Below are positions 31,310 through 40,302 of a DNA stretch of 64,000 bases, one piece after another (position 1 is the first letter of the stretch; each line of letters opens with the position of its first letter). Origin of the DNA: Calditrichia bacterium (lineage in GTDB: Bacteria > Calditrichota > Calditrichia > JAJRVZ01); assembly GCA_963796965.1 (NCBI GenBank), contig CAWCNS010000007.1, forward strand, positions 704,001-768,000. The letters are read 5' to 3'. The notes beneath the pieces are model-generated. The model was not told the origin of the DNA. It saw only the letters and a program-made list of their open reading frames with translations, and ran no database searches. The position numbers and the translations under genes were made by a program.

Positions 31310-32842
31310 TTATTCAGATCTCTTCCCATTCTTTTGTATATCATTGAACAGTATCGTTAATTCTTCCACAATATCTGGATATTCATCATATAAGTTATGA
31401 CGCTCCTCGATATCATTTTTCAGGTTATATAATTGTCCAGGTGTGGTTATTCCAAAACCCTCTGGATACAGTCCATCACTCATTCCACCTGATCTATTGG
31501 TAAAGATGAGTTTCCAATCACCCTGTCTCATGGCAAAAGAACCATCTACTGAATGATTTACAAGTTGTTTACGTATAGAATTTTTCGAGGTATCGCCAAG
31601 AAACAGTGTTGAGAAGTCATAACTATCCTCTGCTGAATTCTCAGACAATGTATAACCGACGATGTTTGCCAGAGTGGCAAATATATCAACCTGGCAAATG
31701 AGATCGTCTCTCACTTGTCCCGGTTTCATTTTTGCTGGCCATTTGAGAATGAATGGTACCCGGTGTCCGGCTTCCCATATATCCCCCTTATAACCACGAA
31801 GATTTCCGTTTGGCGAATGTCCAAACCTTTTTACAGAACCGATCTTTCCAAGCCAGTTCGTCCCATCACCTCCGCGGGAACCATTGTCACTGGTAAATAT
31901 GATTAGTGTGTTTTTATCTAGTTTATTGTATTCTAAAGCCTGTATTATTTGGCCAATTGTCCAGTCGATCTCTTGAACATAATCACCATACAGGCCCGCC
32001 TGGCTTGTTCCTTTAAATTGATCTGTTGGTGCTACCGGATCATGAGGTGCGGTAAGGGGGAAATACAAAAAAAATGCCTGCTCATTTTTGCTTGCAGATC
32101 TAATATAGTTGACTGCACGCTTTGTGATTTCGGGCATTACCTGATCTAATCTCCAATTCTCTACCATTAATCCCTTCTCACCGAATAGAGAATCCGGTTT
32201 TTCTATAGTTGGGACTACTGTTACTCTGTCATTTTCAATAAATGTATATGGCGGGAAATTTGGTACATCATCTCCAAAATAATAATCAAATCCACAGTCG
32301 TTTGGACCTCCAGTAATAGGCTTATTATAATTAACATTCTGACCGTCATTTTCTTTTGCTGAGATATTGTCAGTGGTCGGCCAAATCCATCCCAGATGCC
32401 ATTTTCCTATTGCAGCGGTCTGATATCCTTTATCTTTAAGCATCAAGGGGAGGGTTATTCTATCTTTACTTATTAATGGCTTATCCCAAGACCATAAAAC
32501 GCCCTTTTGTAATTCAGTTCGCCAGCAGTATCTTCCAGTTAATAAGTTATATCTGCTTGGTGTGCAAATAGCGGCACTTGAGTGGGCATCGGTGAAACGG
32601 ATTCCATCCTGTGCTAATTTATCAATATTCGGAGTTCTTATTTTACTCTCAGAATTTTGACATGAAATATCCCCATATCCCAGATCATCGGCATAAATGA
32701 TAATAATGTTTGGATGTGTACCTCTTTGTGTTGTATGACAGCCAATTAATACATTGAAGCCGACTAGAATGAGAAAAATATAGCGCCTTATAACTAGCAA
32801 TTTCTCAGATAGTTTCTGATAAAATGAAGTGATAATATCCAT
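31310..32842 (-). CDS. Arylsulfatase (S1)
   Basis: PNIIIIYADDLGYGD, CTPSRYNLLTGRY, GKWHLG, FTSDNG and GYKGDIWEAGHRVPF. Confidence 0.92.
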   Translation of the reverse strand: MDIITSFYQKLSEKLLVIRRYIFLILVGFNVLIGCHTTQRGTHPNIIIIYADDLGYGDISCQNSESKIRTPNIDKLAQDGIRFTDAHSSAAICTPSRYNLLTGRYCWRTELQKGVLWSWDKPLISKDRITLPLMLKDKGYQTAAIGKWHLGWIWPTTDNISAKENDGQNVNYNKPITGGPNDCGFDYYFGDDVPNFPPYTFIENDRVTVVPTIEKPDSLFGEKGLMVENWRLDQVMPEITKRAVNYIRSASKNEQAFFLYFPLTAPHDPVAPTDQFKGTSQAGLYGDYVQEIDWTIGQIIQALEYNKLDKNTLIIFTSDNGSRGGDGTNWLGKIGSVKRFGHSPNGNLRGYKGDIWEAGHRVPFILKWPAKMKPGQVRDDLICQVDIFATLANIVGYTLSENSAEDSYDFSTLFLGDTSKNSIRKQLVNHSVDGSFAMRQGDWKLIFTNRSGGMSDGLYPEGFGITTPGQLYNLKNDIEERHNLYDEYPDIVEELTILFNDIQKNGKRSE

Positions 32843-32869
32843 TGAACTAAAGACACCCTGTTAAATTTC

Positions 32870-33523
32870 TTAAGTTATTAATTGTTTCAATCGCTTCTCG
32901 ATCTGCGTTCTCCACGCTGGTGATAAATTTTTCACGCTCAGCGATCTTCGCAATACTTCTACTCCCTCTGATTCCTTACTAAGGTAATAGGCCTTAAAAA
33001 GATCTTTGACAGTAATCCTATTCTCGTCCTGAAAAATTATTTCCACCTCGTCACCAGTCTGAATACTACCTTCCTGTAACACTCGCAAATAACATCCGGT
33101 CAGGGCGGCTTGCATGAACTTTCTGGGCATATCCCTATCACCAAATCTGATGCCGAGTTTAGAGCAAGGTACCCGCGGTTGGGTTACCGAAAACGTTACC
33201 TCTCCCACCGCTAATTGATCTCCGATACATAAGATAGACTCATCGAGACCTGCCACAGTAAGATTTTCCCCAAACTGCCCAAACTCAAAATCATTTCTCT
33301 CCAGAACTTCCGACCAGTAGGCGTAATGATCATAGGAATATGCATAGATAGCCTTGTAGCCGCCACCATGATTCCTTAAATCCGCCTGTCCATCTCCTTC
33401 GATGTTCATTTTGGAGACATAAACAGGTCCATCAACCGGTTTCTTAAATATCCCTGTTCTTACGGTCTTGCCTTTATCGATAATTTCCACCGGATAAGAC
33501 ACATTTATAGAAATAATTTTCAT
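32870..33523 (-). CDS. MOSC domain protein (YiiM-like)
   Basis: TGIFKKPV, GDGQADLRNHGG, FGENLTV, QPRVPCSKL and a 3-alpha C-terminus LSPAWR. Confidence 0.9.
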   Translation of the reverse strand: MKIISINVSYPVEIIDKGKTVRTGIFKKPVDGPVYVSKMNIEGDGQADLRNHGGGYKAIYAYSYDHYAYWSEVLERNDFEFGQFGENLTVAGLDESILCIGDQLAVGEVTFSVTQPRVPCSKLGIRFGDRDMPRKFMQAALTGCYLRVLQEGSIQTGDEVEIIFQDENRITVKDLFKAYYLSKESEGVEVLRRSLSVKNLSPAWRTQIEKRLKQLIT

Positions 33524-33758
33524 TTGGTCTACCGCATATTTTTTTTAAAACAATAAATAATTAATAACTGAAGACACAGCGTTTTGTCAGTAATTGCCGT
33601 TCGCGAACGGCAACTACCACGATTAAACATTATACCAGAGATAGTCTTATTTCATTGTGACCTTAGTGCCTTCTTTGTAAACTTTTGTCATAGGCATCCC
33701 TATGGGAGTGGTAAATCTTTTATCTTTCTTCAGTTCCGAATGGTTAGAGTGACAAGCG

Positions 33759-35313
33759 CTAGGTAGTCTGCGACCAAATATAATTTATTCGATTGAAGGC
33801 AAACAAAGAAAGCATGAGAAACAAGGCGTACAAAACCCCAATTTTTGCCGGCCAGATAGAAAGGGCTCCGATAAATCCCATTCCCATCATCAGATCAACC
33901 ATCCATAGAGACATACGTTTCTCATTTGGCAGTTTATGACCCCCACCATTAAATTCGAAAAGTATTTTCCAAATCCGATAGAGTACAATACCGAGCAAAA
34001 TCAGCATAAATGGGGCCGCCAAAACAATCCGCTCCATCGGCCAGGCGTACTGGTCCACAGCTTCCATGGGATAAAGTCCGAAAATGAAGCCGGCCCTCTC
34101 TGAGCCACCGTGCACCATAAGAAAAACAAGGATAAATACCGTGTAGAGGAGCAAGAGATTTAAACGTTTCTCTCTGACTGTATCAATTCCCAAAGGTTCC
34201 TTTAATGGGATGACAGATAATATCATAGAGAATAAAAACATTAGGCTCAATACGACCCCGGGCCAGAAGAAGTATTCAAATCCCATAAAATAGATAAATA
34301 ATACCCCGGCAATCGCCAGAAAAAGGGTCTCAGTTTTCTCAACAAAAGGTGATCTTTGCTTCTCGTCTTTCAGAATATTCGTCCCTGCCACCTCTACCAG
34401 TTGCTTTTTATCTACCTGGTGAATGGACCAAACCAAAGCAATGGCATAGAGTACACCCAGATTAAAACCGGCATTCAACTCCCAAATTTTCCACCAGTCG
34501 ATATAGCCGGGAGCATATTCATAACCCAAACACCACGCCCCACTCTGCATAAAACCGATTCCAAACCCCAAACCCAGCAGAAGCCCTGTAAACAGTGTTG
34601 TTCTGTCCTTTTGGAAAACTGCTACTAATAATGCACCAGCCCACCAGAGAAGAACCGCAAAGTTTTGTGTGTTGGTATAAATAGTCCGCTCCAAATGAGG
34701 GCCCAATTCTCCATTATATATGCCCAACCCAGCATTGGGAAAAATTAAACCCGGCCAGAATTCCACCATCCGGGCTGCAAGCCAATCCACAACCGGCCAG
34801 GCGAATAGAAATACAAGTAAGACCAACACAAAAACAGAACGAAGAATCCATTGAGAAGGAGACATTTTTTTACCTAATGCCCATCCCAATAAAATCCCTC
34901 CCGGAGCGGCCCAGCCAATGCCGCAAATCATATACCATAAATAACCAACCCAGGGCTGAATCGGAATTATTTCTTCGCCCACATAAAACTTACCAAGGAT
35001 CCAGGCCGTATACTGGCCATAGCCCAGCTCACCACCCAGGGCGATACCAAATCCCAGCCAAAAAATGACACCTCTACTATCGATTCCCATACGATAGCAG
35101 ATAATAATACCAGAGTACAGCCCACATCATCCCCGGAACCACCGTACCATCCACGCCCCCCCATCCCGAAGTTCCACGGATGGCCCAGGTGATCGCTCCC
35201 ATACTAGCAAATAATAGGACAATCATCCAAAACATATAAGTATTGGTAGGACTCCCCTTTTCTCTAAGAGGCAGTTGGTGCTGGTATTTTTCTACATCCA
35301 ATATTTTCATCAT
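33759..35313 (-). CDS. Polytopic membrane protein of unknown function; apparent frameshift near 35103
   Basis: ORF 35077-35313 (GAITWAIRGTSGWGGVDG) overlaps the 443-aa hydrophobic ORF. Removing one base joins them. Confidence 0.7.
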
Positions 35314-35360
35314 AGTAATTAAGCCTTTAATCTCAGATTGGAATTTATGAACAATTTGTT

Positions 35361-35600
35361 TCTCGCAGCGCCGCCACGACGCAACGAAAAATTATAAAAT
35401 TATTTTTTAAGAAAGAGATTCCAAGATGGTCATCCTGAATTTAATTCAGGATCTCTAAAATATGTAGAATTTAATAATGCCAAAATAAACTGGTATTCAC
35501 CTCGATTCACTATTCGGCATGACAAAACTCTCCCATAAATCAAACTTAATTTATAATTCTATGTCTCTATCTCTTTGCGGCGTTGCGGCGCTGCGTGAGA
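35361..35600. repeat. Nested REP-like elements: TTGCG-type inverted pair enclosing a GTCAT...ATGAC pair
   Basis: 35361-35386 is inverted relative to 35571-35600. Inside are GTCATCCTGAATTTAATTCAGGATCT (35429-35454) and ATGCCAAAATAAA...TTCGGCATGAC (35477-35523). Confidence 0.7.
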
Positions 35601-35608
35601 TAATATAT

Positions 35609-36535
35609 TTATTCATTTCCTGAGTCCATCCCTACCATTTCAGAATTTTCAGGGACAGAAACAGTTGGTTCTCCCTCAAGATAACCATGCTTAGCAAGAA
35701 ATTGATCCATAAGAAAGATGGTCTTGCTCAGCCAGGGATCCCTATTGAAGAAACCATGGCGTTGGCCTTCCGCCGTGTATAAAATCGCCTCAATTCCCAA
35801 TGGACCAGCCTTTCGGATGAATGTTTTGCCGTGTGCAAGCAATGAGTCATCTGTCCCATAAAACAACAAGGTTGCGGGGACGCTTTTGTCTAAATGTAAA
35901 TTTGGGGATAAATCTTCTGCTATCTCTATCGAGCCCATCCGCTCTATCCGTTTTGTGGCCGATGAAGCATCGAGAACAGGATTAAACAGAACCAGGAGAT
36001 TTGGTCTTGAGGAAGTTTTAAGATCCTCTCCTTCTGCTTCATATCCTTGAACGATATACGTACATGCTGCGACATGGGCGCCGGCAGAGCCACCAGAAGA
36101 AACAATTCGATCCTTATCAATGCCCAGTTCTCCTGCATGAACGCGCAGCCAACGTACAGCAGATTTACCATCCTCAACACATTTATCTGCCAGGGTACCC
36201 TGCCGATTCTTTACTCGGTAATCCACTCTTGCTGTCACCATACCCCGGCTGGCAAAATATTCAGACTGGGGTTTGAATTGGTCGATGGATCCACCGCGCC
36301 ATCCTCCACCAAAGAAAAAAACGATGGCGGAGCGCTTATCCTCCCTGGTCCATGCAGGAGGGAAATGAACCCGAATCTCCAAATCTCCTTGCGGCGTGTT
36401 CTTATATATATAACTCTTATATTCCGGGGAATTCTGACCAGGAACCGTGTTCTGAGCATAGATATTTTCCGCATTGAAAAATACCATTGCAGCTATAATT
36501 AATGCTAGTTTCCATTGCAATCTTCTAAGGATCAT
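35609..36535 (-). CDS. Secreted alpha/beta hydrolase (HSL-like esterase)
   Basis: FFGGGW oxyanion motif, GGSAG nucleophile elbow, GTDD and HGFFN. Confidence 0.9.
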   Translation of the reverse strand: MILRRLQWKLALIIAAMVFFNAENIYAQNTVPGQNSPEYKSYIYKNTPQGDLEIRVHFPPAWTREDKRSAIVFFFGGGWRGGSIDQFKPQSEYFASRGMVTARVDYRVKNRQGTLADKCVEDGKSAVRWLRVHAGELGIDKDRIVSSGGSAGAHVAACTYIVQGYEAEGEDLKTSSRPNLLVLFNPVLDASSATKRIERMGSIEIAEDLSPNLHLDKSVPATLLFYGTDDSLLAHGKTFIRKAGPLGIEAILYTAEGQRHGFFNRDPWLSKTIFLMDQFLAKHGYLEGEPTVSVPENSEMVGMDSGNE

Positions 36536-36549
36536 TTAAGTCTCCATTG

Positions 36550-37893
36550 TTATAGTTTCATTTCCCAACCACTTTCATAAGTTCTTGACCAAAGTTTTTG
36601 GGCCTCTTTGTCGTTACGAATATGTCCTGTCTCGTTATCGATCGATAATGAGCGTCCTATGCGCTGGGATATATTTCCCAATTGGACTAATAGCGTGCTT
36701 TTATGACCAGAATCGATATCCGCCTTGAGTTTACTTCCCTTGAGGATGCCGTCAAAAAAGTTCTGTATATGAAGGGCATCTAACGCTTCTGATGGATTGG
36801 TTTTATTGCGGGGATCAATTTTTTGCTCCGTCTTTATATCTTTTAAAATATTACCTTTGAGATCAAAGACGCGATAGCTATTGCCCCCACCAATCAACAA
36901 ACTTCCTTCTTCCCCGTAAAATAAAGCACCAACCGAGCTGCCCTCTATTTTCTTTCCATTACAACTTCGACCCTCCCAGGTCATGGATACATTTTCTTCA
37001 AAATCAAGATTTATCACTTGTGTATCAGGGGTTTCCCAATCGTCCTTGTATCGAAATCTACCACCATTGGAGCTGACCCGGATAGGATAGTCAACACCAA
37101 ATCCCCAGCGCAAAAGATCAATCATATGGGTTCCATTATTTAATGCCTCTCCCGTACCATAATGCCAAATCCAATGCCAGTTATAATGAACTATATTATC
37201 TTTATAGCCTTTTCTGGGAGCGGGACCCTGCCAGAGTTCCCAATTCAGCCACTCAGGTACAGGGACTTCTTTTCCTATGCCAATAGAACCACGATTATTT
37301 GAATACCAGCTTTTTCCAAAATAAGGTCTGCCAATTACACCATCCCTCAACTCCTGGATGCCTTTAATCACATTAGGCCATGATCGACGCTGATTGCCCA
37401 TTTGAATTACTTTGCCATATTTTTTCGCCGCCGCAACCAGAATCTCACCCTCATTAGGATTGTGACTACATGGTTTTTCCAAATAGACATGTTTTCCAGC
37501 CTGCATCGCTATCAGCGCTGCAGGCGCATGCCAATGATCAGGGGTTGCAACAATAAAGGCATCAACATCCTTGCTCTCAAGAGAGTGGCGAAGGTCTGAA
37601 AATCTTTCTGGTTTAATTTCCTGAATTTCCTGCAAGGCCCCTTTGCATTTTTCTATTGCTCTGCTGTCGACATCACAAATATGAATCACATCGCAATTCT
37701 TCTGGCGGGCAAAGTTTCTGGCCAGGGCTTTACCTCTGGAGTTAACCCCCATTACTGACACATTAATTCTTTCGTTAGAACCGATAATGCGACTATAACT
37801 TCGCGCGGTAAATTCGGGCAGAATGCCACTAGTAAGCAGGGCAGTTGAACTCATTGACACGTTTCTGATAAATTTTCTTCTTGATTGTTTCAT
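36550..37893 (-). CDS. Tat-exported Gfo/Idh/MocA oxidoreductase
   Basis: SRRKFI, ATPDHWH, GKHVYLEKP, WELWQGPAP and NNGTHMID. Confidence 0.92.
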   Translation of the reverse strand: MKQSRRKFIRNVSMSSTALLTSGILPEFTARSYSRIIGSNERINVSVMGVNSRGKALARNFARQKNCDVIHICDVDSRAIEKCKGALQEIQEIKPERFSDLRHSLESKDVDAFIVATPDHWHAPAALIAMQAGKHVYLEKPCSHNPNEGEILVAAAKKYGKVIQMGNQRRSWPNVIKGIQELRDGVIGRPYFGKSWYSNNRGSIGIGKEVPVPEWLNWELWQGPAPRKGYKDNIVHYNWHWIWHYGTGEALNNGTHMIDLLRWGFGVDYPIRVSSNGGRFRYKDDWETPDTQVINLDFEENVSMTWEGRSCNGKKIEGSSVGALFYGEEGSLLIGGGNSYRVFDLKGNILKDIKTEQKIDPRNKTNPSEALDALHIQNFFDGILKGSKLKADIDSGHKSTLLVQLGNISQRIGRSLSIDNETGHIRNDKEAQKLWSRTYESGWEMKL

Positions 37894-37953
37894 AGGAACA
37901 TGATCCTTTATGACTTAAACTCCATTATTACAATTAGGTAGGTATTATTAAAT

Positions 37954-38009
37954 AACCGCCCCCTCAATCCCCACCTTAGTAAGGAGGAGGAAATAGGGGG
38001 AGGTAATTC
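37954..38009. repeat. CCTCCTT/AAGGAGG hairpin repeat (family of 21064-21121)
   Basis: ACCGCCCCCTCAATCCCCACCTTAGTAAGGAGGAGGAAATAGGGGGGAGGTAATT. Confidence 0.75.
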
Positions 38010-38020
38010 AAATTCTCGCC

Positions 38021-39352
38021 TTACTGTTCCACAACTTCTTCAACCCATTCCTGGTGAAGATCGGTCAACTCTTCAACAATATCACTATTTTCATCTGCCA
38101 GATTTTTCGTTTCTGAGACATCTACATCCATGTTGCTTAAAAAGGGCTCTCCATCATGATGAACCATTTTCCAGGGCCCCTTCCGTACTGCCCAGTTCTT
38201 TCCTTTCATCCAATAAAATATATCATGGGGCGAACTGACTTTTTCTGAATCTATAAGGGCAGAAATATCTATTCCATCTATTTTGTGTTCAAATAAATCA
38301 ACCTGGCAATAATTAGCAATTGTGGGAAACAAATCAATACTGCTGGCTAGTTGATCTCGTACTTCTCCTGAGGCAATTCGTCCGGGCCAGGAAATAATAC
38401 AGGGGACGCGGATGCCCCCTTCCCATAAAGTGAATTTATGTCCGCGATAGGGACCGGCACTGCCCCCGCCACCAAAACTACGTTCCTCCACTGAATGGCC
38501 ATGATCGCTTAGAAATATCACCATCGTCTTTTCTCGCAGGTTCAGATCATCAAGTTCACGTATCACCTGCCCGATCTTGTCATCCAGGGATGTTACAAAA
38601 GCAGCATATCTTTTACGTTTTATATCTTGCATACCCTTATACATATCCACAAATTTTTGTTCAGCCTGTAAAGGATAATGGGGTGTATTGAAGGGCAGGT
38701 AAAGGAAGAAAGGTGTATTTTTATTTTCATTGATAAAGCGTTTTGCCTCCCGGACAACCATATCCGGAAAATAATTTCCATCTTCAAAATGCTCCTCTTC
38801 ATTCAGCCAAAGGTCATGACGATTGGGACCATTCCAGTAGAAGAAATGGGAATAATTGTCAATACAGCCAACCTTATGACCGAGGAACTCATCAAATCCC
38901 TGTGCATTGGGACTCAATGATGGGGTACTTCCCAAATGCCATTTACCAAAGAGTGCAGTGCGGTAACCAGCCTCTTTTAGCACTTCTGCAATGGTAACCT
39001 GCGCTGCGGGCATTCCTCTGCCAGGTGAAGCATTGTGTGCCAATTGGGCGCGCTGCGGATATCGTCCCGTAAGGAGTGATGCTCTGGAAGGCGAGCAAAC
39101 CGGTGCCCCCACATAAAATTGCGTAAACCTCACACCTTCTTTGGCCAATTTATCCATATTTGGTGTAATCAGATCTTTTGCACCATAACAGTTTACATCT
39201 ATAGTACCCTGATCATCGGTTAAAATAAGAACAACATTGGGATGCTTTGAAATGTTATCAGAAGCCATTACTACGATAAATGTGATCAGGTTTATTAGTA
39301 TTCCACATGATATTCCCTTGTTAAAAAATTGCAGCATATAAACATTCTCCAA
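38021..39352 (-). CDS. Sulfatase (S1)
   Basis: PNVVLILTDDQG, CSPSRASLLTGRY, GKWHLG, SDHG and GHKFTLWEGGIRVP. Confidence 0.92.
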   Translation of the reverse strand: MENVYMLQFFNKGISCGILINLITFIVVMASDNISKHPNVVLILTDDQGTIDVNCYGAKDLITPNMDKLAKEGVRFTQFYVGAPVCSPSRASLLTGRYPQRAQLAHNASPGRGMPAAQVTIAEVLKEAGYRTALFGKWHLGSTPSLSPNAQGFDEFLGHKVGCIDNYSHFFYWNGPNRHDLWLNEEEHFEDGNYFPDMVVREAKRFINENKNTPFFLYLPFNTPHYPLQAEQKFVDMYKGMQDIKRKRYAAFVTSLDDKIGQVIRELDDLNLREKTMVIFLSDHGHSVEERSFGGGGSAGPYRGHKFTLWEGGIRVPCIISWPGRIASGEVRDQLASSIDLFPTIANYCQVDLFEHKIDGIDISALIDSEKVSSPHDIFYWMKGKNWAVRKGPWKMVHHDGEPFLSNMDVDVSETKNLADENSDIVEELTDLHQEWVEEVVEQ

Positions 39353-39514
39353 ATGATACTATTATAGCATAATCTGTATGAAACATGAACTATAGAAAGA
39401 AAATATCCGAGTCCAATAGACCTATTTGGAATATTGCACTGAATTCTTTATGTAAAAATTAACACTATTTATATAAAGTGATAACGCCCTTAGTAACGGC
39501 TTTTACCTCGGTTA

Positions 39515-40180
39515 TTAAAGTTCGCCGTCCTCGGCAGCCTCTTTTAATTTTTCGTTGGCAAAAATGGCAACTTCAACACGCCGGTTTTGCTGGCGACCAT
39601 ATTCGTCATCATTTGAGGCAACTGGGTTCATTTCACCAAGACCGACGATGGAAATCCTGGAGTTGGGAACCCCAAGTAGCATTAGATGGTTAGCAACAGA
39701 CTGTGCACGCCGTTCGGATAACTTCAGGTTATATTCTTCGCTACCAGTGTTATCTGTATCTCCTTCAACGAGTACATTTGTATCATCATATTTGTTCAAT
39801 GTCTTTGCGAGGCTAGCGATGTTTGCTTTTGCCTCTGGCTGCAGGTCATATTTATTAACATCAAAAAGGAGACCAGAATCAAACGTGATCTTGATTCCTT
39901 CGCCAACACGCTCGATTTTTGCTCCTTCCATATCCTGTCTCATCTCTTCAGCCCGTTTATCCATCTCATTACCAATCAGATATCCGGCTGTTCCCCCAAC
40001 TGCTGCCCCAATGATAGCACCTAGGGCTGTATTACCGGCTGCATTTCCAATAACAGCACCAGCGGCAGCCCCTGCTCCCGCGCCAATAGCTCCGCCCTTA
40101 GCTTTACTACTCCAGCCACACCCCATAAACATGGTAAAGAGCCATACGGTGCCTATAAATATTATCATTACTTTTTTCAT
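39515..40180 (-). CDS. OmpA family lipoprotein with a glycine zipper
   Basis: GGAIGAGAGAAAGAVIG, ITFDSGLLFD, NLKLSERRAQSV and NRRVEV. Confidence 0.95.
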   Translation of the reverse strand: MKKVMIIFIGTVWLFTMFMGCGWSSKAKGGAIGAGAGAAAGAVIGNAAGNTALGAIIGAAVGGTAGYLIGNEMDKRAEEMRQDMEGAKIERVGEGIKITFDSGLLFDVNKYDLQPEAKANIASLAKTLNKYDDTNVLVEGDTDNTGSEEYNLKLSERRAQSVANHLMLLGVPNSRISIVGLGEMNPVASNDDEYGRQQNRRVEVAIFANEKLKEAAEDGEL

Positions 40181-40302
40181 CGCGTAATCTCCTTGGTTTT
40201 TGATAAATTATATTCAAACAAATGAACTTTAATTAAATGTTATTACTTGAATATAGCCAATCGTATAGATTTCTCCAGATTGCAGATCGTTACCAGGGAG
40301 GG

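Noticed and set aside
31081..31344. 87-aa ORF between the BNR protein and the sulfatase
   Set aside because: It overlaps the sulfatase end, contains a mini-hairpin insert and has no recognisable motif. It may be a remnant but cannot be supported.
39555..40187. 210-aa plus-strand ORF
   Set aside because: It is the antisense shadow of the OmpA gene. Other short ORFs nested in or opposite long genes were rejected likewise.
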